Shown in pieces: positions 58,050 to 64,000 of a stretch of 64,000 nucleotides of DNA. The DNA lies in NCBI GenBank assembly GCA_965658655.1, contig CBFHTA010000001.1:104722-168721 (forward strand). The letters run 5' to 3'. The first letter of the stretch is position 1; each line of letters begins with the position of its first letter. This DNA is from Candidatus Babelota bacterium. Its GTDB lineage: Bacteria > Babelota > Babeliae > Babelales > CAIQNR01. The notes under the pieces were generated by a model. That model was not told where the DNA came from. It made no database searches and was given only the letters and a program-made list of their open reading frames with translations. The position numbers and the translations under genes were made by a program.

Positions 58050-58856
58050 ATGAGCAAGCTTAATTTATTTCTTTCTTTATCATTAATAGTAAGCGGCTGT
58101 TTTGCTTGCGACACCAAATCTTTAGATATTAAACTCAAAAAAATAAGAGCCACCGTAACTCAACCCCTAGACGCCGCTTTAAAGAAAAAGGTTTCTATTC
58201 TCAAACAAGAAGGCAGTCTTTTAAAAGAAGGAAAAAACTGGAAAAAGGTTAATCAACTTTTAACAGAGCTTAAAAACACTCCTGAATATCAATTTTTACA
58301 CAAGATACAAGAGGCACTAAACCTTCTTAATGCCCTTGAAGATCTTGTTTTCTCACAACCACACTCAGAACTCCTTAAATCAGTTTCTTCTCTTTTACAA
58401 TCCTCAACTTCTTTGAGTCAGCCATGTAAGTCATTTTTTCAAAAAGAACGAGCTCAGTTAATGGACAGAGCAGACGAAAGCATTCTCTTTAAGACAAAAC
58501 AGTTCACTGTTTCAGAACTTAGAAGCTCCTTGCTAAAAGAACTAAAGACAGGGCTCAAAAACCTAAAAAATGTAGAGCTTTATAGTAAATTAAAAACCGC
58601 TCACGAAACATACTTAAACGATAAAGGAACAAAAAAAGCAAAGCTGTTGATAACAAAGATTACACATTTAGAACAAGAAAAAACTATTCAACTTCTAAAC
58701 AATCAAAACTACCTAACGATTCAAAACGAAAAAGACTTGCTACTCGAACAAACCAGGACACCAAAAATTCAAAAACGTTTAATAGAGGCCTCAAACTCGT
58801 TGCTTTCATCGCAATTAAGCCTATTCATTGCCCCACTAGACCTTCTCATCTTGTAA
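58050..58856 (+). CDS. Hypothetical exported helical protein
   Basis: Signal peptide followed by K/L-rich helices. Confidence 0.7.
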   Translation: MSKLNLFLSLSLIVSGCFACDTKSLDIKLKKIRATVTQPLDAALKKKVSILKQEGSLLKEGKNWKKVNQLLTELKNTPEYQFLHKIQEALNLLNALEDLVFSQPHSELLKSVSSLLQSSTSLSQPCKSFFQKERAQLMDRADESILFKTKQFTVSELRSSLLKELKTGLKNLKNVELYSKLKTAHETYLNDKGTKKAKLLITKITHLEQEKTIQLLNNQNYLTIQNEKDLLLEQTRTPKIQKRLIEASNSLLSSQLSLFIAPLDLLIL

Positions 58857-58955
58857 AAAAGCCACTAGCAGGCTATTATCATCTTTCAGGCTAATCTTAC
58901 GACAAGACACAATCTTAATTCCAATACGCATATTTAACCAAAAAAAAGACTCTCC

Positions 58956-60128
58956 ATGGCTACAAACTTCTTCACAAAATTTATACATATAGAAAAAAAC
59001 AAATTAAATTCGGCTTTTTTGCTTTTTAAGCTGCCCTATTCCTTTTGGTTAACGCTAGCCGTTATTGCTGGAATTCTCTTTTCATACTATCACCTGTACC
59101 CCCTACTCATTCTATCTGCCACAGGATGCTATTTTGCCAAAAAATCTTCCTCTAAATCTTTCCCTATTCTTTTTTTTATCTTTTTAGGATATGGGATGCA
59201 TACATTCCATTCTCTCCAAAAACTCCCTCTCCCTCTTTTAAAAGACACCGTTATACAAGGGAAGGTAACAGACAAAGCATTTACGGACAACTCTTTTTGG
59301 AAACATCGAATAAGGTTAGAAGTCTTTAACATAGAGAGTAAAAGCGGGTGGGTCCCCACCTCTTTTACTCTCTATGTTTATTCAAAAAAACATTTCTATG
59401 GAAGGGTGCAAGACATTGTTGAATGCGGCCCCCTAACCATTAACCAGCCAACCGATAAAGGATTCACTCTTTACCTTAAAAGAGAAGGAGTTTCTGCAAC
59501 CGCGTTCCCTCAACAACTTCGCTACAAGATCAAAGGTCGCCCTAAATTTTCCTTTTTAAATTGGCTTTTTTGGCAACGAGAACTTATTCAGATCAAGTTA
59601 AGAAAAAAGCTCTCTCGCGAGACCTTTTCTTTATTTTCCTCTCTTTTTGTTGGCAATCGAAAACCTGTAATGACCGCGCTTTCCCCTCACAAGCAACACT
59701 TTAAAAAATGGGGCATTCTGCACCATCTTGCCCGATCAGGATTACACTTAGTGGTATTTATTATGATTTGGCACTACCTATTAAATGCACTTCCTTTATC
59801 GTTCAATAAAAAACATGGCATCCTATCATTCCTCATTCTTTTTTATTTCCTTTTCTCTTGGTCGAGTCTTTCATTTGCGCGCGCCTTTATTGTCTATGTT
59901 TTTTACAAGATAGGAGTGCTCACACAATCAAAAGTTCACCCCCTTCATGCAATTTGCTCAGCGTGCCTGATGCTTTTGCTCTACAACCCCTTCCATCTTT
60001 TTTTTCTAGACTTTCAGCTAAGCTTTCTTTTGTCCTTTTTTCTTTTATGGATTACACATGTTGATCACCAAAGAAACATTATGCAATACAAAAGTCTTGC
60101 TGAAGAAAAGAGGAAAGATTTATCTTAA
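58956..60128 (+). CDS. comEC: ComEC/Rec2-family competence membrane protein (short, no metallo-beta-lactamase domain)
   Basis: OB/DUF4131-like region, GILHHLARSGLH, S..RA, NPF...DFQLSF. Confidence 0.85.
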   Translation: MATNFFTKFIHIEKNKLNSAFLLFKLPYSFWLTLAVIAGILFSYYHLYPLLILSATGCYFAKKSSSKSFPILFFIFLGYGMHTFHSLQKLPLPLLKDTVIQGKVTDKAFTDNSFWKHRIRLEVFNIESKSGWVPTSFTLYVYSKKHFYGRVQDIVECGPLTINQPTDKGFTLYLKREGVSATAFPQQLRYKIKGRPKFSFLNWLFWQRELIQIKLRKKLSRETFSLFSSLFVGNRKPVMTALSPHKQHFKKWGILHHLARSGLHLVVFIMIWHYLLNALPLSFNKKHGILSFLILFYFLFSWSSLSFARAFIVYVFYKIGVLTQSKVHPLHAICSACLMLLLYNPFHLFFLDFQLSFLLSFFLLWITHVDHQRNIMQYKSLAEEKRKDLS

Positions 60129-60160
60129 AGAGAAATCTTCCACAATAAAAAAGGGCTCAT

Positions 60161-61465
60161 ATGAAAAAAATTTTACTGCTCCTACTTTGCACCCTCTCTC
60201 CGTTACTGGTTCACGGAATAAAGAGACAAAAAAAACACACAACACTTTTAATCTATATAGCAGGAGACAACGACCTTGCTTATTTTGCTGGAAGAAATAT
60301 AGACGACATGAAAAAAATTGGTTCGACAAAACATATTAATGTTGTTGTCCAATTAGACGGACAAGGCGCTCATGAAAAAACCAAGCGCTTGTTTATAGAA
60401 AAAAACAAAGTAACACAAGTCAACAAAAGCCATCCTTCAGCTCAACAAAAACTAGATTTTGGAAGCCCTTTAACTTTAATAGATGCATGCGAATGGGCAC
60501 TGAAAGATTTCCCATCAGACCACTTTGGAGTTGTTTTATGGAACCATGGCATAGGGGTCTTAGACAATATTGGAGGCCGAACAAGTAGTGCTTCTGAGCT
60601 CTTTGTTTTTAACCCTGAAACAAACATGCTACAGCTTAATCGCAGCATTGGCTTCATGGACTACCTCAGGCAAAAACAAGACCGTGGTGTTTGTTTTGGC
60701 GACACCTATGGAACATATCTCACAAACCAAAAACTTGCCTACGCTTTAAAGCAAGTGACAACAAAACTTCGTGGCGGGAAAAAAATAGACTTCATAGGTT
60801 TCGACGCTTGCTTAATGTCTATGATTGAAATGGGAAACCTAATAAGCCCCTACGCAGACTATATGGTTGGGTCCCAAGAAATAGAGCTAGGAACAGGGTG
60901 GCCTTACCACGCAATACTCAAGCCTTTTGAAAAAAAAGCCTTAAACCCTGAAGAGTTCTGCAAGCATATAACTTATGCCTACCATCAAAACTATCTTGGT
61001 ATAACATACGACTACACTCAGTCAGCTATTGATCTCGCCAAAATGAATGTTTTAGAAAAGTCCCTCGACTCTGTGGTTTCTTTGTTGCTAACGGCACTAG
61101 ATAATCAAATAAACAACACAGTTTCTCGACTCATTAGAGCAAGTAGATCAAGGCGCCTTTGCACACACTTCTCAGAACCTACCTATATTGACCTTCATCA
61201 TTTTTTATCAAACCTTACAGAAACACTTAGTTTTATGCGAATCAAAGACGAAGCGGGCGATATAAAAGCTGCACTAGAAAAAGAGCTCACAGTAGCCCGT
61301 ACCGCTTTACTAGAGAGCGTTGTTTCAAGTTATACCGGCAGAAACCTTCCCTTAGCAAAAGGGCTTTCTATTTACTTCCCATCACGAACAATAGAAACAT
61401 CTTACACGATAACTCCGTTTGCTAAATCTTATAAATGGCTACTCTTACTCCGAAGAATGTTGTAG
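60161..61465 (+). CDS. Clostripain-family (C11) cysteine peptidase, exported
   Basis: YIAGDNDL, catalytic His in WNHG and Cys in FDACLMS, GSQE, GWPY, GLSIYFP. Confidence 0.9.
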   Translation: MKKILLLLLCTLSPLLVHGIKRQKKHTTLLIYIAGDNDLAYFAGRNIDDMKKIGSTKHINVVVQLDGQGAHEKTKRLFIEKNKVTQVNKSHPSAQQKLDFGSPLTLIDACEWALKDFPSDHFGVVLWNHGIGVLDNIGGRTSSASELFVFNPETNMLQLNRSIGFMDYLRQKQDRGVCFGDTYGTYLTNQKLAYALKQVTTKLRGGKKIDFIGFDACLMSMIEMGNLISPYADYMVGSQEIELGTGWPYHAILKPFEKKALNPEEFCKHITYAYHQNYLGITYDYTQSAIDLAKMNVLEKSLDSVVSLLLTALDNQINNTVSRLIRASRSRRLCTHFSEPTYIDLHHFLSNLTETLSFMRIKDEAGDIKAALEKELTVARTALLESVVSSYTGRNLPLAKGLSIYFPSRTIETSYTITPFAKSYKWLLLLRRML

Positions 61466-61474
61466 GCCAAAGCT

Positions 61475-62776
61475 GTGGAAAAAAAAAGACTACGGCTGCT
61501 CTTTCTTCTCTCAATTGGCACCCTTGTTCACACAAAAAAACCTCATACGTTTATGGTTTTCATGGAAAGAAACAATGAACTTGACCCGTTCGGAACGTTA
61601 AACATACAACAAATGAAAGCTGCAGGGTCCAACAAAAACATAAACATTGTTGTTTACATGCACTGCTGCGAAAAAAAAACAAAAAAAGCAAAGGTGCTGT
61701 TCATCAAAAAAAATGAAGCTATTTTGCTCAAAGAAACACCCGACAACAAAAAAACATTCAACATAAAAGAAGAACTTATTAATTTTTGCAATGAAACTAT
61801 CAAAAAGTATCCCGCTGAACATTATTCACTCATCCTTTGGGACCATGGAGCAGGAGCAACTGAACCGTGCAAACGCAACCTGTCTTCAAGTATTTTTGCT
61901 TTCGCCTTTGCAAAACAACAAAGCAGAACGCAACACCCATGCCACCTTCTACGAAGCGTAGAAATCAAAAAGCAGCGCCTTTTGAAAGGTGTCTGCTTTG
62001 ACGACTCAGAGGGATCTTTTTTGAGTGAAAAACATCTGCAAGAGGCTCTCGAGTCGATTTGCGCAACATCATTGAACAATAGAAAGTTTGATTTGATAGG
62101 GTTTGACGCCTGCCTTATGTCTATGATTGAAGTTGCGTCATCCCTAAAAAAACATAGCCAGGTTATGGTGGGCTCTCAAGAGGTTGAACTTGGGACAGGG
62201 TGGAACTACGCACGAGTTCTTGCCCCTTTTTCCAAAGAAACAATCTCTCCAAGAACATTTAGCAAGCACATTGTACAAAGCTATGCAAAAACCTATAAAG
62301 CAACAGACGACTACACCTTGTCTGCCCTTGACCTTACACTCCTTCCAGAGCTAGAAAAGAACGTTAACAACATAGGAAAAACCTTAATTGACTGCATAAA
62401 GCAACAACGATCTAAATCTTTACTTAAGGCCCTTCGCATAAGCAGAAATAAACATTATTGCACGCATTTCGACGACCCAAGCTTTATAGATTTACAACAT
62501 TTTTATCAAAACCTCCTACACAACGTCTCCCAAATAAACCCTCCAGAGAAACAAAGCAACACCCTGTTGCGCAACTTAAAAGATTACCTCTCTGAAGGAA
62601 AAGATTTAATTAAAAAAATAGTCATTGCTAACAAGGTGGGCACCAAGAGGGCGCAAGCATCAGGGCTATCTATCTATTTCCCTGAGAAACACATCCATCC
62701 CTCTTACCACAGATCATCGTTTACATTAACCGATCAAACATGGATTAATTTTTTGCAATCCTACCTCCTTACATGA
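61475..62776 (+). CDS. Clostripain-family (C11) cysteine peptidase, paralog 2
   Basis: WDHGAG, FDACLMS, GSQE.E.G.GWNY, GLSIYFP. Confidence 0.9.
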   Translation: MEKKRLRLLFLLSIGTLVHTKKPHTFMVFMERNNELDPFGTLNIQQMKAAGSNKNINIVVYMHCCEKKTKKAKVLFIKKNEAILLKETPDNKKTFNIKEELINFCNETIKKYPAEHYSLILWDHGAGATEPCKRNLSSSIFAFAFAKQQSRTQHPCHLLRSVEIKKQRLLKGVCFDDSEGSFLSEKHLQEALESICATSLNNRKFDLIGFDACLMSMIEVASSLKKHSQVMVGSQEVELGTGWNYARVLAPFSKETISPRTFSKHIVQSYAKTYKATDDYTLSALDLTLLPELEKNVNNIGKTLIDCIKQQRSKSLLKALRISRNKHYCTHFDDPSFIDLQHFYQNLLHNVSQINPPEKQSNTLLRNLKDYLSEGKDLIKKIVIANKVGTKRAQASGLSIYFPEKHIHPSYHRSSFTLTDQTWINFLQSYLLT

Positions 62777-62853
62777 AAACATTTTTTACATTTCCATAAG
62801 AAGCTTCTATACTCCGCAACAAACGATTCAACCTTTTTTAAAGAAAAACACGG

Positions 62854-63435
62854 ATGGACAAAGCTTTTCTCAAACAAGGGCTCTTAGAAGCGCTCTATGC
62901 GCCGTATAAAAATTGCTCTCTCTGCCCTCTTAGCAGCGAAAGAACGAATGTTGTATTTGGAAGAGGGAACCCTGACGCCTCTCTTTTGCTCCTAGGAGAA
63001 GGGCCGGGACGCGACGAAGACCTTAAGGGTCTTCCTTTTGTAGGGCGCTCAGGGAAGCTACTTAGCAAAACACTGAGCTCACTACAAATCGACGAACAGT
63101 CTGTTTATATTACCAACATTGTAAAATGCAGACCCCCAAACAATCGCACGCCTCTATCTAACGAAATCGCCATCTGCAGAAAGCTTCTCCTTGAAGAACA
63201 GCTTAAAATTATTCGTCCAAAAATTATTTGCACTCTTGGAGCTTCGGCCCTCAAGGCCTTGATAAAAACCTCAAAGGGAATCTCTAAGGTTCGTGGAGAC
63301 CTTCACCCCTATAAAGACCTCTCCATTCTGCCGACTTATCATCCCGCCTATATACTCAGAGACTACTCGCGCCTCTCTATTTTTGCTGAAGATTTAAAAA
63401 AAGCCTATAAATCTTCGAACCAAAAAGACAAATAG
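62854..63435 (+). CDS. Uracil-DNA glycosylase family 4
   Basis: CSLCPL, GEGPG..ED, KCRPP.NR, HPAYILR. Confidence 0.93.
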   Translation: MDKAFLKQGLLEALYAPYKNCSLCPLSSERTNVVFGRGNPDASLLLLGEGPGRDEDLKGLPFVGRSGKLLSKTLSSLQIDEQSVYITNIVKCRPPNNRTPLSNEIAICRKLLLEEQLKIIRPKIICTLGASALKALIKTSKGISKVRGDLHPYKDLSILPTYHPAYILRDYSRLSIFAEDLKKAYKSSNQKDK

Positions 63436-63492
63436 AATTTAAAGCGTTTTTTTGTTATACCTTTCATAAAAGGTAATTTTCATTATAGAAAT

Positions 63493-63800
63493 TGTGGATA
63501 ACCTGTGGATAACCTGTGGATAACTTGTGGATAACTCAAAATAAAGTTTTCGAAAAGCCCTCAAACCCCTATCCTATCCTCGCCATTAAAAAACCCTTCC
63601 TTCATACTCCCCCATTAGAGGCTACTTCCAGAACTCAAAAAAAGTTATCCACAAGTTATCCACAGGTTATCCACAAGTTATCCACATTTAAATTAAGCCC
63701 GAATGTTGCCTGCTGGTCAAGGTATTGATGAAAAAAAAAGGAAGTTATCCACACTTTTAGGAGATGCTTATTATTATTATATATATAATATTATTAGGAA
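63493..63800. other. oriC: Chromosomal replication origin (oriC)
   Basis: Nine perfect DnaA boxes: TGTGGATAA at 63493, 63504, 63515, 63526 and TTATCCACA at 63645, 63656, 63667, 63678, 63745. These are followed by (TTA)4 DnaA-trio-like repeats and an AT-rich unwinding region at about 63768-63800. Confidence 0.9.
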
Positions 63801-63953
63801 ACAGTAATAAGTGTTTACTTTTCTCTAAAAAATTTTATTTATACTTTTTCAAAAAAAAGGGGAAGTTCTTTTCATTTTTTTCAATTATGCTAGAATGGCT
63901 TGTATCTAGTTTTCAATTTTATGATAACAACTGATCCAATGGGGAATGATTTC

Positions 63954-64000
63954 GTGAGTCTTTCTGATGTTATAGAAGCTTTAGTCGATGAGCGGGGCCT
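63954..64000 (+). CDS. nusA: Probable NusA, 5' end only
   Basis: GGGGA RBS with GTG start. MSLSDVIEALVDERGL resembles the first helix of NusA, but only about 15 codons are visible. Confidence 0.55.
   Translation, partial: MSLSDVIEALVDERG

Noticed and set aside
57926..58153. 75-aa minus-strand ORF upstream of the M16 peptidase
   Set aside because: It spans the divergent promoter region and overlaps the better-supported plus-strand gene.
321..62079. Numerous 60-160 aa antisense or nested ORFs in the ORF track (e.g. 12453..12938, 29234..29692, 30049..30438, 45408..45764)
   Set aside because: They are shadows of well-supported genes and carry no motifs.
63493..63686. 11-bp tandem repeats as a CRISPR array, iterons or IS terminal repeats
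   Set aside because: There are no spacers and no cas, rep or transposase gene; each unit is an exact DnaA box.
63516..63728. 70-aa ORF (MDNLWITQ...)
   Set aside because: It is a translation artefact of the DnaA-box arrays.
1..64000. Alternative genetic code or stop-codon readthrough
   Set aside because: All conserved genes are full length under the standard bacterial code and end at TAA, TAG or TGA.

Overview
A chromosomal segment of an AT-rich, reduced-genome bacterium. The gene content (DUF2608 pair, many Sec-signal orphans, fragmented operons, NusA-like N-terminus) suggests an intracellular parasite of protists such as Ca. Dependentiae/Babelota (TM6); that assignment is inference. From left to right the window holds: an ABC-exported (wzm/wzt) polysaccharide locus with wecB, wecC, manC, asnB, a methyltransferase and two paralogous GT4 genes; housekeeping genes (alaS, pth, skp, tmRNA with smpB, tsaD, rho, secF, rpmA, thyX, polA, priA, orn, ruvA, tRNA-Gly, mnmE, RNase E/G, gatB, mutY-like, M16 peptidase, comEC, udg); and about 18 interspersed signal-peptide orphan genes. 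It ends in a replication origin with 9 perfect DnaA boxes, followed by the start of a probable nusA. Most notable: (1) a tandem two-domain D-Ala-D-Ala ligase whose second domain carries substitutions linked to D-Ala-D-Lac synthesis; (2) secreted orphans with eukaryotic CaaX, 14-3-3-type and Inc-like features; (3) a P-type ATPase lacking the site-II cation ligands; (4) a tmRNA with a 28-codon tag; (5) a mirror-symmetric oriC with no dnaA beside it. I found no CRISPR array, integrase or transposase.
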